This document shows positions 19,403 through 28,589 of a DNA stretch of 64,000 nucleotides, piece by piece. The position numbers were made by a program, and so were the translations under genes. Every line of letters begins with the position of its first letter. The stretch's first letter is position 1. Source of the stretch: Kiritimatiellia bacterium (GTDB taxonomy: Bacteria; Verrucomicrobiota; Kiritimatiellia; RFP12; DVOR01); the NCBI GenBank assembly GCA_017558005.1, contig JAFYWN010000007.1:74364-138363 (forward strand). Direction: 5' to 3'. The notes beneath the pieces were generated by a model. The model did no database searches and had not been told where the DNA came from. It saw only the letters and a program-made list of their open reading frames with translations.

Positions 19403-20350
19403 TTAGAAGAATCGGCGTCTAGCGAAGAAGAAGATGGTCACGACAATCAGTACAAATGCGATTCCGAGAATCATGCAGAAGCCGAGTGCGCCCCACTTTT
19501 CCGCATTTGCAAATGGCAACCAGGTATTCATCCCGAAAATCGAAGCGATTAACATCGGCACCGTCAACACGATGGTCATTGACGTAAGGAACTTCATCAC
19601 GTTGTTTAAGTTATTGCTGATGATGGAGGCAAATGCATCCAAAGTTCCCGTCAAAATGTTGCTATGAATACTCGCCATTTCCAATGCTTGCTGATATTCA
19701 ATGCGCACATCTTCAAGCACGTCAAGATCATCTTCATCAATCTCAAGTTGACGCGTTGTGCGAATACGGCTCAACAAAATATCGTCAGCCTTCAACGATG
19801 TCGTGAAATACACCAGCGACTTTTCGATATTCAAGAGGCGCATGAGGCCTTCATTAGAAATTGACTCGTGCAATTCCTGTTCAACCATGTCCGCACGTTG
19901 ACGAATATCGCGCAGATAACGCAAGTACAAGATTGCCGCATGCCACAGCAAGTGGAACGTAAAGCGGAACTTCTGTTCTGGCGGACAAACGCGACGAATT
20001 TGATCCAAGAAGGAGGCCGCAATCGGCGTCGAACGATTACACACCGTAATCACCGCATTTGAGGTGTGAACCACACCCAAAGGCAGCGTATTAAACGGAT
20101 GCAGATTTTCATCTGGCTCATGGTATGGGATATGTACAACGATAAGAACCGTCCCATCATCATCCACATCCATACGAGGACGTTCGTCTCGGTCGAGCGG
20201 ATCTGAGAGGAATTCACGCGAAACACCGGTGAGCGTCTGCACGCGAAGAATTTCTTCCGTAGAAGGGTCCGCCAGATTGATCCAACAAGGACCATCAGGC
20301 GTCACCACTTCACGCAAGCTACCGTTTACCCACTGATAAATGGAAAGCAT
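19403..20350 (-). CDS. corA: CorA-family magnesium/cobalt transporter
   Basis: 315 aa with two C-terminal TM helices and the GMN signature (FGMNTW). Confidence 0.88.
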   Translation of the reverse strand: MLSIYQWVNGSLREVVTPDGPCWINLADPSTEEILRVQTLTGVSREFLSDPLDRDERPRMDVDDDGTVLIVVHIPYHEPDENLHPFNTLPLGVVHTSNAVITVCNRSTPIAASFLDQIRRVCPPEQKFRFTFHLLWHAAILYLRYLRDIRQRADMVEQELHESISNEGLMRLLNIEKSLVYFTTSLKADDILLSRIRTTRQLEIDEDDLDVLEDVRIEYQQALEMASIHSNILTGTLDAFASIISNNLNNVMKFLTSMTIVLTVPMLIASIFGMNTWLPFANAEKWGALGFCMILGIAFVLIVVTIFFFARRRFF

Positions 20351-20351
20351 C

Positions 20352-21176
20352 TTACGATCTCCCTTCTTCCTTCTCCCCGTAACGCTTCATCAAGAAACGT
20401 TCGTAATTCTTCGGCTTCCGCTTGCTAATAAACGTGTATCCCTTTAGCATCCAAAGTCGACGCAACTTCAAATGCGCGAGGAAGAGTTTAGCGCGACTTT
20501 CAGGGAAGGCTCCTGGCACCTCTCGCATTGTGCCATCTAAATCAACGTGATTGTGAAAATAATGCTTATAAACAGACGAGAGGTCCGCAAGCAACAACAA
20601 TTTCCGGAACCACTTTGGATACCATTTTCTCAAATACACACCAGACTGAAAATCAATCAAGGCAGGCTGCTCACCAGGAAGCACCAACACATTTTTAGCA
20701 TTGCGCGTATCCAAATGTGTCACATTGCGACGGTGCATCGCACACACCAACCGCTCTAACTTTCGATAGTAAAAACCCGACAAAGGCGGCTTTCTTTCAG
20801 AAGCAGGTCGGCGACCACGAATAACGTCCATATTCCGTTGGTTGTAATCGCCCAAAGTAATCCCTTCCAAGAAATCCATTCCGAAGGCGTAGGCGTCGGC
20901 ACGAAACACATTTTGGGGTACGCCTGGCAATCCCTCCAAACACTTCATGAGCCGATACTCATGTCCCACCATCCATCTGCCCCATGTCCAACGAATCCAC
21001 CACGGGCTCTTTCGAAAATCCTTAATCACTACTTTTTTCTCAGGCGTTTCAAGCAAATAGACGCGTGCATTCCCTGCACGCCCTTTGCTCAGCATACGTA
21101 CGCCTGGAGCTTCCCAATCGTTTCGCGTTATAGGATTTGCCATCGCAATAAATCCTTTCTTGTGACTGAGGTTCAA
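20352..21176 (-). CDS. protein-kinase-like fold protein (Kdo/WaaP/RIO-like), atypical catalytic loop
   Basis: 274 aa with VVIKDF (beta3 Lys), HEYRLM (helix C Glu), HLDTRNAKNVLV (HxD...N loop) and LIDFQSG (DFG-like). The stop is 1 nt from the corA start. Confidence 0.55.
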   Translation of the reverse strand: MNLSHKKGFIAMANPITRNDWEAPGVRMLSKGRAGNARVYLLETPEKKVVIKDFRKSPWWIRWTWGRWMVGHEYRLMKCLEGLPGVPQNVFRADAYAFGMDFLEGITLGDYNQRNMDVIRGRRPASERKPPLSGFYYRKLERLVCAMHRRNVTHLDTRNAKNVLVLPGEQPALIDFQSGVYLRKWYPKWFRKLLLLADLSSVYKHYFHNHVDLDGTMREVPGAFPESRAKLFLAHLKLRRLWMLKGYTFISKRKPKNYERFLMKRYGEKEEGRS

Positions 21177-21387
21177 ATATCAAAACACCATCGTTGCACA
21201 TTATACCACATTTACCCAGTCCCTATATTTATTAAAGTATAAAAAATGAAGACATAAAATTCACCTCAATCGTGTTAGATGACATCGCAAAAGAGTGCCC
21301 AAATTCAACCCTGTTTCGAAGGCACTTCCCCCCTCAGTTTTTCAAGCCAAACACCCCAACCAACACATACAACATCTCTCACAAAAT

Positions 21388-21908
21388 CTCTTCTCTCCAC
21401 ATACACTAAAAGTGTAGCAAAACGGAGACAAGTAGTCAACTCTACCGACCCAGGTAAGCGAAAATTTCGCGATAAGTAGGCGAAATTTCCGCTTGAAAAT
21501 CGGCGACTTTGCTCACCCAATTTCGCTAACTTTGCCCAGGAATTTCGCTGATATTGCTCGCCAATTTCGCTGATATTGACCCGAAATTTCTTTAGCTTTC
21601 CCCAAAAAAGCTGCTACTTGTTGATAACTTTTCTACCACGTTAGGTCCACTTTTTCGCAAGGAAGCGACTGTAGCGGAGTTGATTTCGCCACTTTTTTGA
21701 CTTATCTCTTTATTTTTCAAGGAGTTATACAGTTTTAGAGAAAGTGAGCAAAAGTGGCGAAAATGGGCCGATCCGCCGACAAATTTTCAAAAAACTGCGT
21801 CGTAAAATGTGAATTGTTGATAACTTGTTGATAACTCAAAAAAGTTTTCAACAGGCGAAAAATCGCTAAAAAAGTGCAAAAAGTGACACACCTGCGCAGG
21901 GGATTTTT
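21388..21908 (+). repeat. copy A of a ~520-bp dispersed non-coding element (iterons + TGTTGATAAC boxes)
   Basis: Colinear, same-orientation alignment with 42061-42579. It includes a shared 5' block CCACATACACTAAAAGTGTAGCAAA and a 53-bp identical core (21813-21865). Confidence 0.85.
21458..21603 (+). repeat. iteron array A (AATTTCGCT-type repeats, 22-bp phase)
   Basis: Direct copies start at 21519, 21541, 21563 and 21585. Inverted copies lie upstream: GCGAAAaTTTCGC at 21458-21470 and GCGAAATTTCC from 21480. Confidence 0.8.
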
Positions 21909-21935
21909 GAAGAAAAAAGAAAATAAAAAGCTGTC

Positions 21936-21984
21936 AAAAAAATAAGGTCACACGATGCTTTGAATAGAGATTCATCATGTGACC
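21936..21984 (-). terminator. rho-independent terminator downstream of the DUF1287 gene
   Basis: Minus strand: GGTCACATGATG-loop-CATCGTGTGACC (11-12 bp stem with one mismatch) followed by TTATTTTTTTT, 10 nt after the stop at 21994. Confidence 0.65.
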
Positions 21985-21993
21985 GATGATGGA

Positions 21994-22572
21994 TTACTGC
22001 TGGATACGATAATGTCCCGTTAATGGATAGGTGAAGAGCTCATCCTCTTCCTGCGTGCCGCACCCAATATTATGGAGCACAAGCGGTGTCCCATTGGCAG
22101 ATTTCCGATCACTCACAATCATGATGTGCGGCAAACGCCCACCAACGGTTACCGTAACAAGGTCGCCAGGGAGGTAATCTTTCGCCACCTTTGTCAGCGC
22201 GAGGCGCCAACCTCTGCGTTTAAAGTAACATTGCAGATTGGGTACACGACGATGGTCAATATTTTTGTCGGGTCGCTTTAACCCCCAATGTTGTGGATAT
22301 TTGGAAAAATTCGCCTTCATATCCTCATGGACTAACCGTTGTAAGTCCATGGAACGCGCATCTCGAAGTGCGCGAATCACGACATCTGTACAGACGCCCG
22401 TCGTACGCGTAAAATCACCGTTGGGATAGTCTAATTTACGATAACTCCCATCGTATTCCACCGTCACACCAATTTGGTTGCGTGCTGCGGTGACAATATC
22501 AACTGCAGACGTTTTTGCAAAGAGAGGAAGAAGGAGAACGATATTGAGAAAAAGAAATGCTTTTTTCATCAT
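21994..22572 (-). CDS. DUF1287 domain protein (NlpC/P60-like fold), secreted
   Basis: 192 aa with a signal peptide MMKKAFLFLNIVLLLPLFA. The blocks YDGSYRKLDYPNGD...GVCTDVVIRA and LPGDLVT...HIMIVS match my recollection of DUF1287. Confidence 0.75.
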   Translation of the reverse strand: MMKKAFLFLNIVLLLPLFAKTSAVDIVTAARNQIGVTVEYDGSYRKLDYPNGDFTRTTGVCTDVVIRALRDARSMDLQRLVHEDMKANFSKYPQHWGLKRPDKNIDHRRVPNLQCYFKRRGWRLALTKVAKDYLPGDLVTVTVGGRLPHIMIVSDRKSANGTPLVLHNIGCGTQEEDELFTYPLTGHYRIQQ

Positions 22573-22649
22573 ACTTGAAACCTCGGCAATCGCCTACTCT
22601 ATGATTGGACCCATCCCTCTATTGTACCACCAAGTGCATCTGATTCCAA

Positions 22650-22729
22650 CACTTTGTCTGCTTTTAAATCTAATCTCCAGCACTTTGTCTGCTTTTAAAT
22701 CTGTTTTCTAACACTTTATCTGTTTTTTT
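22650..22729 (+). repeat. three direct repeats with exact 31-bp period in the DUF1287/rnr divergent intergenic region
   Basis: CACTTTGTCTGCTTTTAAATCT occurs at 22650-22671 and 22681-22702. A degenerate third copy, CACTTTATCTGTTTTTTT, lies at 22712-22729. Confidence 0.7.
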
Positions 22730-23001
22730 GAAAGATGAGAACTTGCCTTCTTTACCCACTCTTTCCAGTCAGTTTCCCCTCCGTTTCGCATTGAGATGAC
22801 TCTCCCCATCAACCCCTCATTGACGAATCACGCTGATAGCGATGGTTTAAAAGACTTCGCCACGCCTCCCCTCCTCCTTTTTACGTTGCTTAAATCTACC
22901 CAAAGCCCCCCCTCCTTCACCCGCATGATGAAGCATACAACACGAAGATTTCGCATAAAGGTGGGCGCATGTGTGCGCGTGCATTATGGTATAATGTAGG
23001 C

Positions 23002-25275
23002 ATGAATATTGAAGAACAAGCTATACGTTACTTATTTCAGAGTGAACCAGAAACCGTTTTCTGCGTTCCTGCGATTATCAAAACCTTGGGGTTACGCGGT
23101 AAAGCCGCCAAGCGCCTGCCATCTTTGTTGCGTGAGATGGTGCGGAGTGGCGAATTAATCGAAAAGCGTCGAGGGTATTATCGTGCTGGTGTGGGTGTTG
23201 GGTCATTAACGGGTACGTTGCGTTTGACGCGCAGTGGTGCTGGCGTGGTGACTGATGACACGACTGGGCAGCAAGTCTTTGTGGAGAGTCACGACGTGGG
23301 CCGCGCAATTCATGGCGACCGTGTCACCGTTTCTTACCGCAAGGGTGGCCGAACGGATCCTGTGGGAATTATTCGTTCGATTGATGAGTCTGCGGTACGT
23401 GATGTGGTGGGTACAATCCGTCAAATTGGCGAAAAGACCTATGTCTCGCCCTTAAATCCTGTGTATCACAATGATTTTCTCCTCGCAGAGCCTGGTAATG
23501 CCAAGCCTGGCGACCGTGTCGTAGTGCGCGTCCAACGTGGCGAACGGCGCGATGACCAATTGGTGGCAACGCTTTTAGAAGTGATTGGGCCAGAAGATAA
23601 GCCCTCTTTGGATACGTTAGCCATCGTCCGCCAGTATGAATTGCCTGAAGCATTCCCTGCAGAGGTGGTTGCCGAGGCGGAACAAGTTGCCGCACGTTTG
23701 AGCGACCCGGGGCCACGTGAAGATTTGCGCGACCGCTTTATCCTGACCATCGACCCCGCTTCTGCGCGCGACTTTGACGATGCGATTAGTTTGGAACAAG
23801 ATGCAGAGGGCAATCGCGTCCTTGGCGTTCATATCGCAGATGTTAGTCACTTTGTGCAGAAGGATAGCCTCCTTGATCGCGAAGCCTATCGTCGCAATCG
23901 CAGTATCTATTTGGTTGACAAAGTGGTGCCAATGCTTCCGGAGCAACTCTCCAATAGCGTCTGCTCATTGATGCCCGGCGAGGATCGCCTCACCTTCTCG
24001 GTTTTCATCACCTATGATGCCAATGCGAAGGTCTTAAATAGCCGTTTCGCCAAAACGATTATTCGTTCTTCCCAACGCTTAGCCTATGAGGAAGCGATTG
24101 CCCTCTTGGAAGATCGCCCCGTGACGCCTGCATGTGGGCCGCTTGATCCACGCACTACGCCGATGTTGAAAGCGACACTTGAGCTCACTCGCCAACTGAA
24201 GAAGTTGCGCGAGCGCAATGCGGCACTTGAGATGGCCTCTCAGGAGGTGGACATCATTTTGGATAGTGAAGGTCGCATGACAGGCATTCATGCAGCCTCC
24301 AATGACGAATCGCATCAGTTGATTGAGTGTTGCATGGTGGCGGCAAATGAGGCTGTAGCCAAGGCATTAATCACAAATCAGATTCCCATCTTAAATCGTT
24401 TCCATGAGTCGCCTGATGAGGAAAAGATTGCCAAGGTGGAACTGGAACTGCGCAAGCTTGGCATTCGCCCACGTAATCTGCGCGAACCCAAGGAATTGGC
24501 CGCGCTCTTGAAGAACACTGCTGATCATCCGCTCAAGTACCACATCCACGCATTGGTGTTGCGTGCGATGCGTCGTGCGCTCTACTCGGCGAAGCAACAT
24601 GGCCACTTCGGTTTGGCGTTAACGTACTACGCACACTTCACCTCGCCAATCCGTCGTTATCCTGACCTTGTATTGCATCGTCAATTGGCGGGGTATCTCT
24701 GCGGAGGCGTTTCGGGTGGACGCGTGGGGCAAGCATGGTTGGACCGCGCCGCAGCCTATGCGACCGAACGTGAAATGGTGGCCGACGAAGCCGAACGCGC
24801 CCTCACGGAAATTAAGAAGTATCGCTTCTTACAACAACAACTCGACGACCGCAAGCCCATCACCTACGACGCCGTCGTTGTCTCGGTTAAGAACTACGGC
24901 TTCTTCGTGGACGTCATTGACTTGCAAGTCTCCGGCATGGTGCACATCTCTGGCATCTCCAAGCAATTTGTCAATTTCAACCCCACCACCGAAACCTTAA
25001 ACGCAGGTAAATTGGAAATCAAGGCTGGCATGCAGCTCCAGGTCTTCATCGCCAAGGTTGACTTCCCCGCGCGTCGTTTGGACTTTGCCTATGTGCAAGG
25101 GTCCGCAAAGGATGTTTGGAATGGTGGCCGCCACGCAGAAGAGACGCGTAAAGCGGCCATCGCAAAGACGCGCGGTCGCAAGAGCGCACGTGGTAAAGGC
25201 CCGGGACGTTTTCGCAACAACGCCACCACCCCCAATACGCCAAAACCCTTCGGTAAGAGAAAGCGCGACAAATGA
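23002..25275 (+). CDS. rnr: ribonuclease R (RNase II/VacB family 3'-5' exoribonuclease)
   Basis: The RNB domain is recognisable (DPASARDFDDAISL, HFGLALTYYAHFTSPIRRYPDL), with a C-terminal S1 domain and a basic tail. The ATG at 23002 (MNIEEQ...) is preferred over the track start at 22969. An extended -10-like TGGTATAAT at 22987-22995 lies just upstream. Confidence 0.92.
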   Translation: MNIEEQAIRYLFQSEPETVFCVPAIIKTLGLRGKAAKRLPSLLREMVRSGELIEKRRGYYRAGVGVGSLTGTLRLTRSGAGVVTDDTTGQQVFVESHDVGRAIHGDRVTVSYRKGGRTDPVGIIRSIDESAVRDVVGTIRQIGEKTYVSPLNPVYHNDFLLAEPGNAKPGDRVVVRVQRGERRDDQLVATLLEVIGPEDKPSLDTLAIVRQYELPEAFPAEVVAEAEQVAARLSDPGPREDLRDRFILTIDPASARDFDDAISLEQDAEGNRVLGVHIADVSHFVQKDSLLDREAYRRNRSIYLVDKVVPMLPEQLSNSVCSLMPGEDRLTFSVFITYDANAKVLNSRFAKTIIRSSQRLAYEEAIALLEDRPVTPACGPLDPRTTPMLKATLELTRQLKKLRERNAALEMASQEVDIILDSEGRMTGIHAASNDESHQLIECCMVAANEAVAKALITNQIPILNRFHESPDEEKIAKVELELRKLGIRPRNLREPKELAALLKNTADHPLKYHIHALVLRAMRRALYSAKQHGHFGLALTYYAHFTSPIRRYPDLVLHRQLAGYLCGGVSGGRVGQAWLDRAAAYATEREMVADEAERALTEIKKYRFLQQQLDDRKPITYDAVVVSVKNYGFFVDVIDLQVSGMVHISGISKQFVNFNPTTETLNAGKLEIKAGMQLQVFIAKVDFPARRLDFAYVQGSAKDVWNGGRHAEETRKAAIAKTRGRKSARGKGPGRFRNNATTPNTPKPFGKRKRDK

Positions 25276-26081
25276 GACGCGCCTCCTACCACAACCACAC
25301 CTGCTTCAGTGACGGAGCGGATGCGCCAGAAGTCTTTTTGACCCATGCCGAAGCGGCAGGATTAAGCGTATTAGGCTTTTCTGACCACTACTACAAAGCC
25401 TCACCAGATGCCACCGAAGCACCCGAGTGGGCGCTCCAACTTGATGCCGTAGATCGTTACTTTGAGACGATTTATGAACTCAAAGCGCGTAGCACTCAGA
25501 TTGAAATCAAGGCTGGCCTTGAATTTGACTGGTTGGATGGCTCTGCGACATGGTTAGCACCCTTAGCGCAAGATGCACGATTGGACTACACAATCGGCTC
25601 CGTTCACTTCGTTGGGCAAGATAGCATTGACCTTACACGTTACTATTGGGAACGTCTAACAGTCGATGAAATCAATGCCGTGGTGCGCCGCTATTGGCAA
25701 ACCCTTCGCGATATGGCAGCAAGCCACCTCTTTGATATCGCAGGTCATCTCGACCTCTACAAGAAGTTCGGCTTCTACCCCACCGCCGACATGAGCGATG
25801 TCATCACCGAGGCATTAGACGCAATTCATGATGCAGATATGGCGATTGAGCTCAACACCGCGGGATGGCGAAAGGATTGTAAAGCCTGCTATCCGACCGA
25901 TGATCTGCTCATTGCTTGCCGCAAACGTAATATCCCAATTGTGGTCTCCTCTGATGCCCACCAAGCGCATCTTGTGGCGGCAGACTTCAATCGTGCCTAT
26001 GACATTCTTTTCCGTGTGGGCTATACCGAACTTGCACACTTTACCCAACGCGAGCGGACGCTTGAGCCCCTCGCCCGTTAA
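25272..26081 (+). CDS. PHP-family histidinol-phosphatase (HisJ/HisK type)
   Basis: 269 aa with YHNHTCFSDG, GFSDH, GSVHF and VSSDAH metal-binding motifs. The start overlaps the rnr stop (ATGA). Confidence 0.8.
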   Translation: MRRASYHNHTCFSDGADAPEVFLTHAEAAGLSVLGFSDHYYKASPDATEAPEWALQLDAVDRYFETIYELKARSTQIEIKAGLEFDWLDGSATWLAPLAQDARLDYTIGSVHFVGQDSIDLTRYYWERLTVDEINAVVRRYWQTLRDMAASHLFDIAGHLDLYKKFGFYPTADMSDVITEALDAIHDADMAIELNTAGWRKDCKACYPTDDLLIACRKRNIPIVVSSDAHQAHLVAADFNRAYDILFRVGYTELAHFTQRERTLEPLAR

Positions 26082-26113
26082 CCTCTTTTTCTTCTCAATC
26101 TCAAGGTCCTCCT

Positions 26114-27490
26114 ATGCTTGACTCCCTTTTTACCTCCCCCTACTTCCTCTGGCCGGTCTCGATTATTCTCGCGATCTTCCTCTTTAGTTTAGCCGTTTTC
26201 ATCCACGAATTCGGCCACTTTATTGCAGCTCGCTTATTAGGACTGAAGGCTGACGTCTTCTCTATTGGCTTTGGACCCGCATTGTGGAAACGCACTGTAG
26301 GCGAGACGGAGCTCCGCATCTCAATGATTCCCTTCGGCGGTTATGTCTCCCTTCCGCAGCTTGACCCTGAAGGCATGAAGCAAATCCAGGGTGACCATGG
26401 TGAAACCCTTCCGCCGGCCGCCCCATGGAAACGCATTATTGTTGCCGTCGCAGGTCCGCTCGGCAATATCGTGCTTGCACTCTTCTGTGCGACGCTGATT
26501 GCGTGGTTTGCCCCAGAAGATGCCACGGGAGGCTCCACTGAAGTGGGCTATGTTGTCAAGGATACTGCGGGGTGGAAGGCAGGTTTGCGTCGCGGTGACA
26601 CCATTTTGGCGGTCAACGAAGAACCCGTCAACTCTTGGAGCGGATTCTTAACCGAATGTTTCCTCTCTGGTGGCACCAATGACGTTGTGCGGATTACCTA
26701 CCAACGTGGTGAGACGGTTACTACCGCTGACGCCGTCCTGGACACCCAGCTCTCCGAAACAGAATCCATCTATGGCGTGGGCGGCTTGCAACCCGGACCT
26801 TTGGCAATGGGCTTTGCAGACGTTATTGAAAACTCCCCCGCCGCACGTGCAGGTCTCAAAATCGGAGACATCGTCAACACCGTAAACGGCTTCAACCTTG
26901 AAACGCTTGAACAGCTCACCGATCCTTGGGATCCTGCCGCACCCATCACTATGGAAATCTTGCGTGGTAATGAAACCTTTACGGTCACGGTGCAACCCGA
27001 AGTGATGCCTGACTTCGACTCCAAGCCACGCATTGGTGTCTCTTTAGCCCTCTTTGGAAAGGGACGTTTCCAGTGGATGACGGAACGTGGCATCTATGCA
27101 CAATTGGAATCTGACATCATGGGTGTAGTGCGCGTATTGCGTGCATTAGCCACCCCAAAAACCGAAGGTGAACGCGGTCGCGCAGCAAAAGGTTTGGGCG
27201 GCCCACTCATGATTTTCGGGCTCTTCATTCGCGTCATTCAAACAGGACTCTGGGCAAGCCTTGGCTTTTTGCGTCTCATCTGCATGAACCTTGCATTGCT
27301 CAACCTCTTGCCGATTCCTGTTTTGGATGGTGGCCACACCCTTTTCGCGCTTTACGCCATCATTCGTCGTAAAGAACCGAGCGAACTGTTTGTAAAATGG
27401 GCAACTGGCGCCTTCGGCATCCTCCTCATCTGCATGATGATTTGGTTCCTCTTCTCTGACGTTCGTCGCTTCGTCCTTCAACTCTTCTAA
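26114..27490 (+). CDS. rseP: RIP metalloprotease RseP (site-2 protease, M50)
   Basis: 458 aa with HEFGHF zinc motif in TM1, two PDZ-like segments and C-terminal LNLLPIPVLDGGH. Confidence 0.9.
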   Translation: MLDSLFTSPYFLWPVSIILAIFLFSLAVFIHEFGHFIAARLLGLKADVFSIGFGPALWKRTVGETELRISMIPFGGYVSLPQLDPEGMKQIQGDHGETLPPAAPWKRIIVAVAGPLGNIVLALFCATLIAWFAPEDATGGSTEVGYVVKDTAGWKAGLRRGDTILAVNEEPVNSWSGFLTECFLSGGTNDVVRITYQRGETVTTADAVLDTQLSETESIYGVGGLQPGPLAMGFADVIENSPAARAGLKIGDIVNTVNGFNLETLEQLTDPWDPAAPITMEILRGNETFTVTVQPEVMPDFDSKPRIGVSLALFGKGRFQWMTERGIYAQLESDIMGVVRVLRALATPKTEGERGRAAKGLGGPLMIFGLFIRVIQTGLWASLGFLRLICMNLALLNLLPIPVLDGGHTLFALYAIIRRKEPSELFVKWATGAFGILLICMMIWFLFSDVRRFVLQLF

Positions 27491-27503
27491 TTGGGAGTGC
27501 TCT

Positions 27504-28580
27504 ATGAAACGCACTGAAACACGTCAGATTCACATTGGGAACGTGGCCATCGGTGGTGGCGCCCCAATCTCGGTTCAGACGATGGCAAATGTGCCCACGA
27601 CTGATATCCCAGCCGTGCTCAACCAGATTTCGCGCGCCGCAGAATTAGGGTGCGACCTCTTTCGCGTGGCAGTACCCGACCAAGCCGCCGCCGAAGCACT
27701 CAAAACGCTCTGCGCCAAAAGCCCCCTTCCCCTCATTGCGGATATCCATTTTGACTATCGTTTAGCCATTGCGGCAGTGGAAGCGGGCATCTCGGCACTG
27801 CGCATTAACCCTGGCAATATCGGCAGTGCCGACCGTGTTAAGGCTGTCGTTGAGGCCGTTCGCCCCCGTCAGATTCCCATTCGCATCGGCGTTAATGGAG
27901 GCTCTTTGGAACGCGAACTGCTCGAAAAATATGGTTCGGCCACCCCAGAGGCTTTGGTGGAAAGCGCACTTAAACACGTGGCGCTCTTGGAGGCATTAGA
28001 CTATCGCGAGATTAAAATCTCCGTAAAAGCCTCCGACATCCCACGCACCGTGGCTGCTTATCGCCTCCTCTCCGAACGTGTCCCCTATCCTTTGCATCTC
28101 GGATTAACCGAAGCGGGCACCGTGCGTCGTGGCACCATCACCAGTGCGATTGCCCTCTCACGCCTTTTAGAGGACGGCATCGGCGACACCCTTCGCGTCT
28201 CTTTGACTGCACCAATTGACGAAGAAGTGCGCGTAGGCGTTGAACTCTTGCGTGCTTGTGGCTTGCGTGCACCTGGCGCATGGGTGACAAGTTGCCCCAC
28301 TTGTGGCCGCACCAAGGTCGATGTTCAGGCCGCCGCAGAGCATATTTCGGACGTATTAGAACAATTTTATCGCCAAAATCCCACTGCGAAACGTTTGCAT
28401 ATCGCCGTAATGGGATGCGTTGTCAATGGTCCTGGCGAAGCACGTGAGGCTGACCTTGCCCTTTGTGGCGGCACAGGCACCTTCGCGCTTTATCGAAAAG
28501 GCGAACACCTCGCCACGCTTCCTGCGACTGAAGCCGTTGAAACCCTCCTGCGTTTGCTCGCTGAAGAAGCGCAAAAGTAA
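27504..28580 (+). CDS. ispG: 4-hydroxy-3-methylbut-2-en-1-yl diphosphate synthase
   Basis: 358 aa with full-length IspG/GcpE similarity (IGNVAIGGGAPISVQTM, RINPGNIG, CPTCGR, MGCVVNGPGEA). Confidence 0.95.
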   Translation: MKRTETRQIHIGNVAIGGGAPISVQTMANVPTTDIPAVLNQISRAAELGCDLFRVAVPDQAAAEALKTLCAKSPLPLIADIHFDYRLAIAAVEAGISALRINPGNIGSADRVKAVVEAVRPRQIPIRIGVNGGSLERELLEKYGSATPEALVESALKHVALLEALDYREIKISVKASDIPRTVAAYRLLSERVPYPLHLGLTEAGTVRRGTITSAIALSRLLEDGIGDTLRVSLTAPIDEEVRVGVELLRACGLRAPGAWVTSCPTCGRTKVDVQAAAEHISDVLEQFYRQNPTAKRLHIAVMGCVVNGPGEAREADLALCGGTGTFALYRKGEHLATLPATEAVETLLRLLAEEAQK

Positions 28581-28589
28581 GCTCTTTTT

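Noticed and set aside
21519-21606. The iteron arrays as CRISPR arrays
   Set aside because: The period is only 22 bp with no room for spacers. There are only 4-5 units, the repeats are imperfect, and no cas genes are present in the window.
22969-23001. 5' extended starts given in the ORF track for rnr, and likewise for BI-1 (30485), hrpB (33456), potA (41396), the carboxyltransferase (43019), the ABC exporter (45093), the tricorn-like protease (47210), hisF (53091), the GT (58186) and the Udk-like gene (60886)
   Set aside because: The extensions add non-homologous leader residues, often start at GTG or TTG, lack SD sequences or cover terminator and repeat structures. Internal ATGs that align with family N-termini were preferred. 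These remain predictions.
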